A stretch of 64,000 nucleotides of DNA, taken from a virus. Its lineage: Duplodnaviria; Caudoviricetes. Below, piece by piece: positions 17,811 through 27,588 of this stretch (within the stretch, counting starts at the first letter, position 1; each line of letters starts with the position of its first letter). Below the pieces are notes generated by a model, which was not told the DNA's origin, searched no databases, and saw only the letters and a program-made list of their open reading frames with translations. The position numbers and the translations under genes were made by a program. Location of the stretch: positions 160,001-224,000 of IMG/VR virus record IMGVR_UViG_3300011678_000001. The stretch is one strand, 5' to 3'.

Positions 17811-18266
17811 TTACGATTCTTCAGCGGTCTCGATGTGAGCCTCGTAGTATTCCACCAGTTGACGGTAGGTGTAGCGATCCAGCACGCCTTCTTTGATGGT
17901 GGCCAGTGTACGGTCACGACGGACCCCATCGCCGAACATCAGCGATTCCAACGTGTCACAAACCGTGAAAGAGCGGAACCGGCCTTCGCCGCAGTTGACG
18001 TAGATCAGGCCCTTGTCTTTGTGTTCTTCCACAAAGTCGAAGATCTGTTTGGCGATCTCTTGGTTCATCGCATACTGCTTCTGATCCTCGGTGATGTGGT
18101 CACCGGGGAAGAACTCCACCCGCAGCAAAGGGCGCTTGTCTTTGTTCGGAATCGCAGCGCCGTCACTGTAGCGGTCACTGATCGAGATCAGAGGGGCGTC
18201 GTGCGGGATCTTCTGGACGGCTTGTTTGCTGATGTTGGTCAGACGCAGGGTGGTCGAAGTGCTCAT
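17811..18266 (-). CDS. tyrosine/dual-specificity phosphatase-like protein (CX5R)
   Basis: IYVNCGEGRFRS P-loop; LISISD N-terminal motif. Confidence 0.75.
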   Translation of the reverse strand: MSTSTTLRLTNISKQAVQKIPHDAPLISISDRYSDGAAIPNKDKRPLLRVEFFPGDHITEDQKQYAMNQEIAKQIFDFVEEHKDKGLIYVNCGEGRFRSFTVCDTLESLMFGDGVRRDRTLATIKEGVLDRYTYRQLVEYYEAHIETAEES

Positions 18267-18273
18267 TTACTGG

Positions 18274-18426
18274 CTACCTTAGAGGTGAGGGGGCGTTGTT
18301 GACGAATCTTGGCACACTTGACATGACTGTAGCGTTTATCACAGCGGCGATGACCACAGATGTCGCACAAGGCGGTTTGCGGGCGACCAAAACCACTGCT
18401 GTTAAAACCACGGGCCATACTGACAT
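18274..18426 (-). CDS. small hydrophobic protein
   Basis: AAGGAG RBS before ATG at 18426; 50 aa. Confidence 0.45.
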   Translation of the reverse strand: MSVWPVVLTAVVLVARKPPCATSVVIAAVINATVMSSVPRFVNNAPSPLR

Positions 18427-18433
18427 GTTCTCC

Positions 18434-18901
18434 TTAGATGTGGTTATAAACCGTGATGTTGTCAGATTCAAGGCCGAACGTTACGCGCAGCTCGGCGTTT
18501 CTGGGCGTGTTGAATGTGAGCGATCGCATGGCAAGAAAGGAGAAATCCTTCAGCTGTAGGGTAATCGTCTTGTCTTGCAACCGGATGTCGTGCGAGGCAT
18601 AGACAATCTCAGGATGAGCTATATTCGGATAGAGGCGATGGCTATGGTTTACCGAACAGAGCACAACGGTGCGGTCACCTACACGAGGAATGGTCTCATC
18701 GACCCCGAGTTGTTTCTCAACGCCTGAATTGGCCGCGAGCTCCAGTGCACGAGTGACAATCTGATTGTTGACGAAGATATCTGCTGCGATCTGGATGTGG
18801 TGGCGGGCAGTATCCACATCGACTGCATCGAAAACGGAGAAGGTCGTACCAGCATCCGGATTCTCTACGTGCTCGACATTATAGATTTTCATGAAGCACA
18901 T
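18434..18901 (-). CDS. hypothetical protein
   Basis: 155 aa, operonic. Confidence 0.65.
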   Translation of the reverse strand: MCFMKIYNVEHVENPDAGTTFSVFDAVDVDTARHHIQIAADIFVNNQIVTRALELAANSGVEKQLGVDETIPRVGDRTVVLCSVNHSHRLYPNIAHPEIVYASHDIRLQDKTITLQLKDFSFLAMRSLTFNTPRNAELRVTFGLESDNITVYNHI

Positions 18902-18903
18902 GA

Positions 18904-19350
18904 CTACTTCTCTCCTAAGCAGGCAATGAATGAGGCTTCAACAAACGGCAACATCGACAGGTAGACGTAGCGAATGTCGTTGTCCCAATCTAAACCGCCG
19001 TTACCACATCCCATGGGCGGGAGGGCAATGGTCTTGAACTTGTCGGGATGGCGGTTAACCAGATTCACCAGCTTGTTAAAGTTGTGGATCACCAAGTCGC
19101 GAGGAGAGGGGTCTCGCCAATCGAGCTTGGTTGGCACTAAGAGGTATTTCACACCGCCGTGCTGATACAGAATGAACTGCGTCGGGTCAAGACCCTGATA
19201 CATCTTCTTGTAGTGCTTGTACAGTCCTGGGATGGTGTCCCGTGCAGTCTTGGCAACGCCGGCCCCCATTGCCCCGCGCATGTTGGTGGTCACGATTTTG
19301 GTGTCAGCCTCAACGCTGAACAGGTCTTGTGCCAGCTGAGTATATGACAT
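18904..19350 (-). CDS. macrodomain (ADP-ribose processing; DarG/Poa1-like) protein
   Basis: TNMRGAMGAGVAK, PTKLDWRDPS and IALPPMGCGNGGLDW signatures; start placed at MSYTQ. Confidence 0.85.
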   Translation of the reverse strand: MSYTQLAQDLFSVEADTKIVTTNMRGAMGAGVAKTARDTIPGLYKHYKKMYQGLDPTQFILYQHGGVKYLLVPTKLDWRDPSPRDLVIHNFNKLVNLVNRHPDKFKTIALPPMGCGNGGLDWDNDIRYVYLSMLPFVEASFIACLGEK

Positions 19351-19831
19351 TGTCAATCGCCTTGATAAACTCTGCAACGAACAGGGCGCGCAGACTGTCC
19401 TTAGTGCAAGGGATGCGAATCGTCCAGACAAAGGTCGGGGTACGCTTCTTACCCGGATAGCGGTGACGCACAGACATCGACACCTGTCGAGCCCAGATGG
19501 CCGTCTCAGGGTTTTCCATGAACTCTTCAACCAACTGGACATAGACGTCCGAGAAGGCAGCGAGGCCTGGTTCTGTCACCAAGGCGGCGACATAGAGGAA
19601 TGTCTTATCGGTACCCGGATGACAGCAACAGCAATCGGTGGTGGCAATGCCTGGAATGCTGTTCAGTCGATCGATGATGGGGCGCATGGCCCGATCAAGT
19701 TTGGGGTAACCGGCAGCCACGAACTCCTGGTTAGCTTCGAGCTGGCGCTGGAACAGGAGCGGATCAGAAATGAAATGGGTCGGCACGCAGAAAGGCTCCT
19801 TATGAGAAAGCATATTGAAGTGATTGATCAA
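19310..19831 (-). CDS. Tyw3-like fold protein
   Basis: LDRAMRPIIDRLNSIPGIATTDCCCCH resembles the D..I..L...N....T.SSC.G motif of Tyw3-like proteins; start uncertain. Confidence 0.4.
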   Translation of the reverse strand: MINHFNMLSHKEPFCVPTHFISDPLLFQRQLEANQEFVAAGYPKLDRAMRPIIDRLNSIPGIATTDCCCCHPGTDKTFLYVAALVTEPGLAAFSDVYVQLVEEFMENPETAIWARQVSMSVRHRYPGKKRTPTFVWTIRIPCTKDSLRALFVAEFIKAIDNVIYSAGTRPVQR

Positions 19832-19835
19832 ATTG

Positions 19836-19843
19836 ATAATGTA
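19836..19843 (-). promoter_or_regulatory. putative early promoter core
   Basis: TACATTAT just downstream of a terminator-like hairpin, heading the accessory operon. Confidence 0.55.
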
Positions 19844-19888
19844 GCGTCTGCGGCAAGTCGGATAGAAAGGAGGGGATAACCCCTCCTC

Positions 19889-20320
19889 TTATCTTTTCTT
19901 ACCCGTGGCGCTGTTGACCAGGTCATTGACCTCTGTGTCTTCTTTGGAGGACACGACATCGCAGCGTTTGAGAATGGCCTCCGCCCGGTCCCGTGGAAAC
20001 TTCAAGAAGGTCTGGAAGTCTATCCCGGTGTACTTCAGCACATTAGTGACCATGTACCTGTCCAAGTACACGTCAAAGGGGTCGACCGCACACAAGTCTT
20101 CTGCCTCGTGCATGGCCACAAGGGCATAGTTCGATGAGCCTCGGCTGCTGGTTTCGTATATGCCGAAGTATTCATCGTAACACTCTGTCGCCACGATCTG
20201 AGCGGCAATGCTGTCAAGCGTCTTTTCAGAGGTTGACAGCACTTCGTCCAGGACCGTGGGTTCGTCCTTGTTGTCCAGCTTGGCAATCCCAAACGAGCGA
20301 TCACCTACATGGTGCCCCAT
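19889..20320 (-). CDS. conserved hypothetical protein, possibly the -1 frameshift extension of the upstream gene
   Basis: Frame open from 20455; its own ATG at 20320 lacks a clear RBS. Confidence 0.6.
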   Translation of the reverse strand: MGHHVGDRSFGIAKLDNKDEPTVLDEVLSTSEKTLDSIAAQIVATECYDEYFGIYETSSRGSSNYALVAMHEAEDLCAVDPFDVYLDRYMVTNVLKYTGIDFQTFLKFPRDRAEAILKRCDVVSSKEDTEVNDLVNSATGKKR

Positions 20321-20328
20321 TGACAGTG

Positions 20329-21936
20329 TTAAACTGCCACGCCTTCTACTTGGCTGATCTTCAACGCGGCTAGGGTAAAAAAAACGTAGCCTATGTCGAC
20401 AGGGATCAGGAACGGATGAGTGGAGTCTTCCGCTTCGCCTTGGCACGACGGGCACTTGACCTTCGGCAGGGCAATGTAAGACACAGTCGACTTCTTAATC
20501 CAGTCAAGGATCTCGGTGGTCAACTTGTGACTTACAGCGGGGTCTTCACTCAACACTTCCAGGATGCGATCCTTGGCTTCGAAGTCCTCATGGATCTGAG
20601 GTGCGGAGTCCGGATCGATGCTGTGTTCGAAGGCAGCTACCCAGTGACTGTACTGACGCAGGTTGGAAATGGCACCCGAGCGCATGATGTGGCGCACCCG
20701 ATCCATTTCCGATAGACGCGCACCGAAGGCTTCGTTGGTGGCTTTGGCAATACCGTCCACCCACAGGTGGCCTGCATTGATCTGTTCAGCCAGCGACGGT
20801 ACACGCAAGACGGCGGTTAAGCCATTGCCGACCGAGAGACGCTTTTCGAAGAAGGTGAATTCCTTCTGGTACTCAGCCAACCAGGCCGCATCACGCTTGG
20901 TGCTACGCGAAGCCATCATCAGGGCTTGCTTGTCGGTGACCTTATCGCGGTCCACGAAGCTCATCCTGGCGAAGTTAAGCAGCACTTCATCGATGTGGTT
21001 GCACTTCTCAGGATCAGCCACGCACGGTTGACGCAGCGGGTAGCCGTCTGGGTACATGGCGCACACCAAGCCCCACAGCACTTGCTGGTAATCACGGGAA
21101 CGGATCACTTCCATCAGCTCGTCAACGGTCTCGCCGGTTTCGAACTTGTAGTTGACCGCCACCATGTGTTCCAGTGCAAACCGCACGTAGGTCTCAACGG
21201 TGTACACCTCGATGCTGGAGAACGCCATGCCGTTGGCTGAGCGACCCAGGTTCATCTTTTCCAAGCGGATGCGCTGTTCGAAGTCGAGCAGGGCTTGAAC
21301 CGCCGGGGCACGGAAGGTGATCCACAGACCGGTGTTCCACAAAGGCACCTGGACCATCGAGCCTTGGCCGAAGGAAGCACGGATCGCCATGACCGGGTCC
21401 TTCATGTTGGCCGGCTTGACTTTACCGGCCCCCAGACGCGTTTCGTTGTGCGTCACGTACTGGCCCCAGTTACCTTCCTTATCGATGTCATCGAAGTACA
21501 GGTTCTGGAAGATGCCCGACATGCTGCGCGACAGGTTGACCAGGCGCTTTTCTTCCTTGGTCAGCTTCTCGGCGCGCTCATCGCTGATGTCATGCAGACC
21601 ACGGGCTTCGAGCAATGAGTAGACCTCATCAGCCCCGACCTTCAATGCAGCGAGGAACGGCTTGAGAGGGTCGTGCTTCTGACGCCGCATCAGCGGGTTG
21701 TCAACCGTGACGTGAGGGTTCTCGTTGTTGAGTTGGTCCCACATGCCATCAGGCTCAGGGATCTCGGACTTCTCATCCGTCTGAGGGGTACCTGCATCAG
21801 CAGCGTGTTCAGTGGCGGCTTCGAATGCAGCTGCCGTGGATTGGCCATCCACATCGAGTACCATCGTCTCTGTCAGATCGACGTCAACGGTGTCCATGCC
21901 ATCGTCAGTGGGGTTGTTGTTCAGTTCGTCCGTCAT
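20329..21936 (-). CDS. conserved protein with Zn-finger motifs, putative tail/baseplate assembly chaperone
   Basis: 535 aa; C...CNH and CPSC motifs; position like phiKZ gp77. Confidence 0.55.
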   Translation of the reverse strand: MTDELNNNPTDDGMDTVDVDLTETMVLDVDGQSTAAAFEAATEHAADAGTPQTDEKSEIPEPDGMWDQLNNENPHVTVDNPLMRRQKHDPLKPFLAALKVGADEVYSLLEARGLHDISDERAEKLTKEEKRLVNLSRSMSGIFQNLYFDDIDKEGNWGQYVTHNETRLGAGKVKPANMKDPVMAIRASFGQGSMVQVPLWNTGLWITFRAPAVQALLDFEQRIRLEKMNLGRSANGMAFSSIEVYTVETYVRFALEHMVAVNYKFETGETVDELMEVIRSRDYQQVLWGLVCAMYPDGYPLRQPCVADPEKCNHIDEVLLNFARMSFVDRDKVTDKQALMMASRSTKRDAAWLAEYQKEFTFFEKRLSVGNGLTAVLRVPSLAEQINAGHLWVDGIAKATNEAFGARLSEMDRVRHIMRSGAISNLRQYSHWVAAFEHSIDPDSAPQIHEDFEAKDRILEVLSEDPAVSHKLTTEILDWIKKSTVSYIALPKVKCPSCQGEAEDSTHPFLIPVDIGYVFFTLAALKISQVEGVAV

Positions 21937-21947
21937 GATGCAACCTT

Positions 21948-22382
21948 TTAATTAGCGGCAGCTATTTTTTCTAAGCTGGCAGCATCCGCCGCCAACAGTT
22001 CAATCAACTCACCGACCATGGGGCTCAGCGCAGCTGTAGCATCGTCGATGAAATTAACGTATTCACCACCGGCCTGGAGCATCTCCGGATGATGAGGATG
22101 GGCCAGGACCTTACCTGAAAGCGCACGATGGTGCTCACCAATGCGGTCCAGACGCGACTTGAATTCCACCAGGTCACGCTTGATGTAGGAGGCAAGTTGT
22201 ATGCAACGGGCGCGCTTATCAGCGTCGGTCCAGCGGTGCATGGCCATGTCGCGAGTGGATTCTGCGAAACGGTATAGAAGATTCCGTGATTCTTGCTGAA
22301 GCTGGTCAAGACTCTGTCGAGGAGTCATACGGGAACTGGACATGAACTGCAACCCTAGTGAAATGGAAAATGGACTGGCCAA
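21948..22382 (-). CDS. hypothetical protein
   Basis: Helical ORF; start uncertain. Confidence 0.6.
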   Translation of the reverse strand: MASPFSISLGLQFMSSSRMTPRQSLDQLQQESRNLLYRFAESTRDMAMHRWTDADKRARCIQLASYIKRDLVEFKSRLDRIGEHHRALSGKVLAHPHHPEMLQAGGEYVNFIDDATAALSPMVGELIELLAADAASLEKIAAAN

Positions 22383-22398
22383 TAATTTGTACTTTACT

Positions 22399-22421
22399 CA
22401 TATTAGGTCGGGTAAACTTTT
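22399..22421 (-). promoter_or_regulatory. putative nvRNAP promoter
   Basis: AAAAGTTTAC-N9-TATG. Confidence 0.45.
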
Positions 22422-22439
22422 TTTATTAAGGATCGAACA

Positions 22440-23273
22440 ATGTTTGAAGAACTCTCCGATATCCTCAAAGGTAGGGTAGACCCGGCCGTATGGACTGGTA
22501 TCAACGCAATCGCTGTCGCACTGGAAAAGCACAATGCTAACCAGTGGCAGGAACGCATCATTGTCCTGCGCATGGATGCTAACAACCACGACATGGCCAG
22601 TGCCGTGGAAAAGGCGCAACACATTATCTACGATCAAGTCCGGGCTTTGCTGCAACAAATGCAGATCACCTTGGAACTTGACACCCTGGACATGGATCGG
22701 CTGGCATTGATCCTAGAAGCGCTGGTCTTTGCACCCAGCGACATGGACGATGAAATGCTGGCAGCTATCAAAGCCGGCGAAGACACCATCGAGACCTTCA
22801 CCGATGTGTTGGCGATCTACCTGAACGTCATCCCGGAAGAACTCATGGAATACATCATCGATGTGTCCAACCAGACCTTGTTGGCCATCCAGGAGAAGCT
22901 CGAGCAAAACCTCAGCTACCATGTATCGGCTGTCGAAGGTGTGGCTGAGACTGTGCGGTTACTGAACCGTCATCAGCAGCTGATGGGTGTGACGTTGTCG
23001 GTGGGCATGGAATCATTGAACAGCGGTACAGAACCGGGTGCTGACATGACCACCATGGTCCAGTCGGTGAAAGAACGCTTAAGCAGCGCAGAACCCGAAG
23101 CCTTGGTCGACGAACTGCTGTCCTTGGCCATCTTGGCTAAGACCCCATACGATGCCCTGGAAGATGAAGTCATGCACTTTGTCGAAGGCATCCAACACGA
23201 CCCCTTTATGGTGCAACGTGCGTATAAACGAGTCCGTTCAAGGATCGGTGCGTTGTCGGAGAACCCTGTATGA
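22440..23273 (+). CDS. conserved hypothetical (virion) protein
   Basis: 277 aa acidic helical; ATGA overlap with the RNAP subunit gene. Confidence 0.65.
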   Translation: MFEELSDILKGRVDPAVWTGINAIAVALEKHNANQWQERIIVLRMDANNHDMASAVEKAQHIIYDQVRALLQQMQITLELDTLDMDRLALILEALVFAPSDMDDEMLAAIKAGEDTIETFTDVLAIYLNVIPEELMEYIIDVSNQTLLAIQEKLEQNLSYHVSAVEGVAETVRLLNRHQQLMGVTLSVGMESLNSGTEPGADMTTMVQSVKERLSSAEPEALVDELLSLAILAKTPYDALEDEVMHFVEGIQHDPFMVQRAYKRVRSRIGALSENPV

Positions 23274-24586
23274 AGAAGCAAGATTTCTACATCCAAGCCC
23301 TGCTAGACGGTGCTTACCGTCGCAAGGAGTGGGTCATCAGTGCCTTCTCTGTCGTCAGGCAGGTGGAGACTACCTTGATCACCAAAGCGCCGTTGCCGTT
23401 CAGCATTCGGTACGGGCGGGATGTGACCGAAGTGTACGTCCCAACGTCGGAAGGTTCTGCTTGGGTCAGCATCAGCGACAGCCCGCCCATGAAGCAGTTG
23501 TTCTTCCCAGGTGATCCATTGACGGTGACCCCTGAGATGATCCCTAACTGCAAAGCCCCTGTGGAATCGACTTACGGCGATATGCTGTTTAACTACATTG
23601 CGTTGGTTGAACCCTTTGGCCATCGGATCGAGTATCAGGTTGGTCCGGTGAACATTCGGAAGATCGAACGGATCATCGCCAGTAAGCTGGTGGACGATTC
23701 TGAAGTCGCAGGGCGAATCCCGGCAGACGATGAGATCCCGGTCAATATGTACATGCGCTTTGGGCGGTGCATGGGAGCCTTGGCAGGCTTTACGCAGATC
23801 TTTGTACCGACGTTGAGCCCTAAGGCGCTGACCACTGACCCACGGGTTCGGGAGAAACGAGCCGAGCTGCTGGAGAAGAACAAAGAACGTCTGCATGACC
23901 CGGTCGTGGTTGCAGGGATTCAGAACGAGCTGATTGCGATCGACAAAGAGTGGATCAAAGACGATCCGTCTGAAGGCTTCCTCATCTCCAACAAGACCTT
24001 CGGTACAGCGCGCAAGCGGATGTTCCTCATTCACGGACCTGAAGCCGGGTTCAATGAAGGCGGTAACGCAGAGCTCGTGGTCAACAGCCTGAACGAGGGT
24101 TGGGACACCGATAAGCTCGTGGCCATGTTCAACTCCACGCGGGCCGGTTCCTTCTATCGTGGTGCGTTGACAGCACTGGGTGGGGAAGCGGTGAAGTTCT
24201 TCATGCGGGTGTTCCAGAACACGGCAGTCAGTGAAGAGGACTGTGGGACGACCTTGGGTGTGGTGCGGACCGTAGAACCGGGTCAAGGCGAGTACTACAT
24301 CGGCATGTGGGAAATGCTGCCGGACAAGAGCGTCAGGGTTGTGGATGCGGCGCGGGCTAAAGCGCTGGAAGGCAAGACATTCCTCAGCCGTTCACCCTCG
24401 TTCTGTAAGACTGGAGCGACCGATTTCTGTGAACGCTGTGTGGGTGAAGCCTTGGCAGCAATCCCGCATGCACTGGGCGCCGAGAACGTCTCGGTGGCAT
24501 CAAAGTTCATGGACATCATGATGGCCTCGGCTCACGCTAAAGAACTGAAGACGGCCAAACTCAACATCCTGGAAGCCTTTACTTAA
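23270..24586 (+). CDS. virion RNA polymerase beta' middle subunit (phiKZ gp80-like)
   Basis: NSLNEG, RAGSFYRGALTALGG bridge-helix-like segment, EEDCGT, RSPSFCK...FCERCVG Zn site. Confidence 0.85.
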   Translation: MKKQDFYIQALLDGAYRRKEWVISAFSVVRQVETTLITKAPLPFSIRYGRDVTEVYVPTSEGSAWVSISDSPPMKQLFFPGDPLTVTPEMIPNCKAPVESTYGDMLFNYIALVEPFGHRIEYQVGPVNIRKIERIIASKLVDDSEVAGRIPADDEIPVNMYMRFGRCMGALAGFTQIFVPTLSPKALTTDPRVREKRAELLEKNKERLHDPVVVAGIQNELIAIDKEWIKDDPSEGFLISNKTFGTARKRMFLIHGPEAGFNEGGNAELVVNSLNEGWDTDKLVAMFNSTRAGSFYRGALTALGGEAVKFFMRVFQNTAVSEEDCGTTLGVVRTVEPGQGEYYIGMWEMLPDKSVRVVDAARAKALEGKTFLSRSPSFCKTGATDFCERCVGEALAAIPHALGAENVSVASKFMDIMMASAHAKELKTAKLNILEAFT

Positions 24587-24598
24587 AAGGGTACACCC

Positions 24599-27535
24599 AT
24601 GAGTAACAAGTACAACGGAACTTACCCAACGGCCTGGTCGGCGCGTGACATCAGCGTCTACGAGGAGTTGGGGAAAGAACCTGCCAAGACCACCAATGGT
24701 CTCTGGGTCAGTGACGTGGAGCGTGAAGCCCGTGACCTGAGTCAGTGGAGCATGGCTGAACTATATGCCCTGGCCAACAACGAGCTGATGACGCAGTACG
24801 CCTCAGGCGATGACGTCTTCTACCGTGCCCTACGGACCAAGGCCTTGCTGGAACACCGCGATGCCTTGAAGTGGGGCGAGGAAGACCTTTACGACTGGTT
24901 GATGTACGAGAAGACTCCGGCCCGTAGTCCTGGCGGGCACTTCATCAATGATCCGGATCGCTGGGTCAAAGATGCAGCCCTCTGGGATGACAGTGAGCTG
25001 TCGGATCTGGGTGCAGGCTACTTTGGGGAACTGGAGCGCAATCACTACTACATCCTCGATGAAGCCTGTGAGCGGTTTGGTCTGCCCCTTGGGATCACGT
25101 GGGACGAGTACTGCGCGTACATTCAACGCAAGGTCGAACCTGAACTCACCAGCACCGGCGTGTTGATGAACGACCGCAGGCGCGCGCTTAAAGACCTGGA
25201 CGAATGGACTGAGGCGGAGCTTAAAGCCTACGCCCTCGGTGAGATCGAGGTCGACTCCAAAGACCAGGCTCTGTTGGAGCGGGCCATTGAAACGTTCGGT
25301 GGCGAATGGTACTGGGACCGGCTGTCGTTGATGGTGTGGGTAAAGCATGGCGAGATCCCTGACTTTATTCATGACTACGACAGTTACAGCGAAGCGAAAC
25401 TCAAGCGTCTGATCCGTGAGAACAATGACCAAGGGGCATTCGATTGCCTGGCATCGTATCACTTGTCGGAAATGGATTATACGTGGTGGAACGAAGAGCA
25501 GCGTCGTGCCTATCTGTTGGACGGCATTGTTCCAGAGCCCCCTGTGGTCGAAGAAGAGGTCATTGAAGATGAGCCAGAAGCAGAAGTTGCAGATGAAGAC
25601 GGGCGTACTGGGACTGTGGTACAGCCTGAAGTCGAAGAGCTCGAAGAACCAAGCGAAGACCCCGAACCTGAACTTGGCGATGGAGGAACTGGAGAAGCAG
25701 TACCTGAAGTCGAACCTCAGTCAATGGTTTGGACCGACCTTGTTGAAGAAGGCTCTGAGCTTTTTGATGCGCTGTCGATCGGTACTTCTCAAGCGCTGAT
25801 CGCAGACGACGAACACCGTCAGTTCCTCACGGCGTCAAAGTGGAGCATGGGTGAGTTGATTGCCTGGGCACGGGACCTGATTCCTGCTGGCATGAACTCC
25901 ACGCCCTCTACGCTTGTGACCGCTCTACGGCGCTTGTGTGATGCGATCACTCCGAACTGGACCGATGATGCTGTCAAAGCATTCTTTGGTCGCCTAGAGC
26001 TTCCTGAGGGCCTTGAGACAGGGATGCTGGTCCATGATGCTGTCAGGGATCGGAAACATCCGGGTGATTGGTCCGATGACGAGCTTAAAGCGTGGGTAAA
26101 AGGTGACATCCGCTCTGCACATGCGGTGCAAGATGTCTGGTTCAGTGTTCGTGTGCATTATCGAGTACCGGATTGGCTCACTGAAGACCAAGCCCGTGAC
26201 TTTATCCTGACGGGGACACTCCCGGCTGAAGAGGTACCTCCTATTGTGGCCGGTCAAACGGTGTCTGACAAGCAATTGCAGGCATGGCTTAAGGGCGAAC
26301 TGACCATTGACGATACGGTCGATGAATCGGTGCTCTTTGCTATCGCCCGGCAACGGTATAAAATCGATGTGCATTGGACCGATGCGCACATTCTGGCCTG
26401 GATTCGGAATAAAACTGAACCTCGGGCCTTGGATGACGGCATTCTCGTGGAAGATCGCTTACGGGACTTGAGTACGCCAACCAACTGGTCGTGGAAAGAG
26501 CTGCGGGCGCTGGCACTGGGCCTGATTGACGCTGACTTTGAGGTCACAAGTGAGGCAACGATCAACCGGATACGGCGTCTGATCGACGTGCAGTTCGGCG
26601 TGAGCCCTGCTCACTGGTCAGATGAAGAAGTCCTGACCTACGTGAAGACTCAAACCGTCCCTAAGGCACTGGAAAACGGCGTGTACATCAATGACCCGAC
26701 ACGGCACCGCAAACAGGCCAGTGAATGGCGTGATGTGGAGCTTAAGGCTTGGCTCAAAGGTGAGATCGACGCGACCGTCAGTGCCACTGAAGAGGATTTG
26801 TGGGAGGAGATCTACGTACGGTTCAAGGTGCCGGTGTTCTGGTACCGTGAAGATGCACGATCCTATGTATTGGACCGTGTCATGGTGCCGTCGACTCTCT
26901 CAGGGATCTACGTCCGTGACCGTAACCGTGATGCGCGCCGGGCTCAACACTGGACGCGTCGTGAAGTCAAAGCCTGGTGCCGTGGCCAAATCCTGCCGGG
27001 TATCCACGCCAATGCTGAACAGTTGCTTGAACGCGCTAAAACCCTGTTCGGCATCTCCCATTATCTCGATGCTGACGCCGTGAAGAAACGGGTCAGTGAC
27101 ATTACTGAGGAATCCATGACCATGACTGTCAAATTCGTTGATGAAGACCTGAAGAGCTACGAAGCAGGTCGGACTGAAGCGGGCGACAACACCGATAAGG
27201 CTGCGGCCTATCAATCCCTGCTGGACCGCTGCATCAATCGCGTGCTGCGTCTGGACGGTGAAGACTTCGTGCAGGGTTGGACTGAATTGCTGAACTTCTT
27301 CCACAAGAACAGCAAGGGCATCTGCTCGGCCAAGAAGATCTACACCGGTGTAGGTAAGATGTCGATCACTCCGAAAGGCCTGCGGACCTTCCAGAACATG
27401 ACGGCCATCCTGACCAATACCTGCGACCCTTCGACTCGCGACCGTTCGGTCAACATGATCGATTGGAACGCGGCGCTGAAGGACGTGGTTAACGAGAAAG
27501 CACGCCAAAATCTTTTGCACTATTATGGAAAATAA
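24599..27535 (+). CDS. 978-aa Trp-rich tandem-repeat protein
   Basis: Recurrent G(V/I)xxxDxxR...WxxxELKAWxxGxI units; acidic linker; distinct C-terminal domain. Confidence 0.75.
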   Translation: MSNKYNGTYPTAWSARDISVYEELGKEPAKTTNGLWVSDVEREARDLSQWSMAELYALANNELMTQYASGDDVFYRALRTKALLEHRDALKWGEEDLYDWLMYEKTPARSPGGHFINDPDRWVKDAALWDDSELSDLGAGYFGELERNHYYILDEACERFGLPLGITWDEYCAYIQRKVEPELTSTGVLMNDRRRALKDLDEWTEAELKAYALGEIEVDSKDQALLERAIETFGGEWYWDRLSLMVWVKHGEIPDFIHDYDSYSEAKLKRLIRENNDQGAFDCLASYHLSEMDYTWWNEEQRRAYLLDGIVPEPPVVEEEVIEDEPEAEVADEDGRTGTVVQPEVEELEEPSEDPEPELGDGGTGEAVPEVEPQSMVWTDLVEEGSELFDALSIGTSQALIADDEHRQFLTASKWSMGELIAWARDLIPAGMNSTPSTLVTALRRLCDAITPNWTDDAVKAFFGRLELPEGLETGMLVHDAVRDRKHPGDWSDDELKAWVKGDIRSAHAVQDVWFSVRVHYRVPDWLTEDQARDFILTGTLPAEEVPPIVAGQTVSDKQLQAWLKGELTIDDTVDESVLFAIARQRYKIDVHWTDAHILAWIRNKTEPRALDDGILVEDRLRDLSTPTNWSWKELRALALGLIDADFEVTSEATINRIRRLIDVQFGVSPAHWSDEEVLTYVKTQTVPKALENGVYINDPTRHRKQASEWRDVELKAWLKGEIDATVSATEEDLWEEIYVRFKVPVFWYREDARSYVLDRVMVPSTLSGIYVRDRNRDARRAQHWTRREVKAWCRGQILPGIHANAEQLLERAKTLFGISHYLDADAVKKRVSDITEESMTMTVKFVDEDLKSYEAGRTEAGDNTDKAAAYQSLLDRCINRVLRLDGEDFVQGWTELLNFFHKNSKGICSAKKIYTGVGKMSITPKGLRTFQNMTAILTNTCDPSTRDRSVNMIDWNAALKDVVNEKARQNLLHYYGK

Positions 27536-27556
27536 GCAAAAAAGAAAGGGTGTTTG

Positions 27557-27584
27557 ATAGATGGAGGCTTCGGCCTCCATCTAT
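27557..27584. terminator. hairpin terminator between convergent genes
   Basis: ATAGATGGAGGC-TTCG-GCCTCCATCTAT. Confidence 0.8.
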
Positions 27585-27588
27585 TCCG

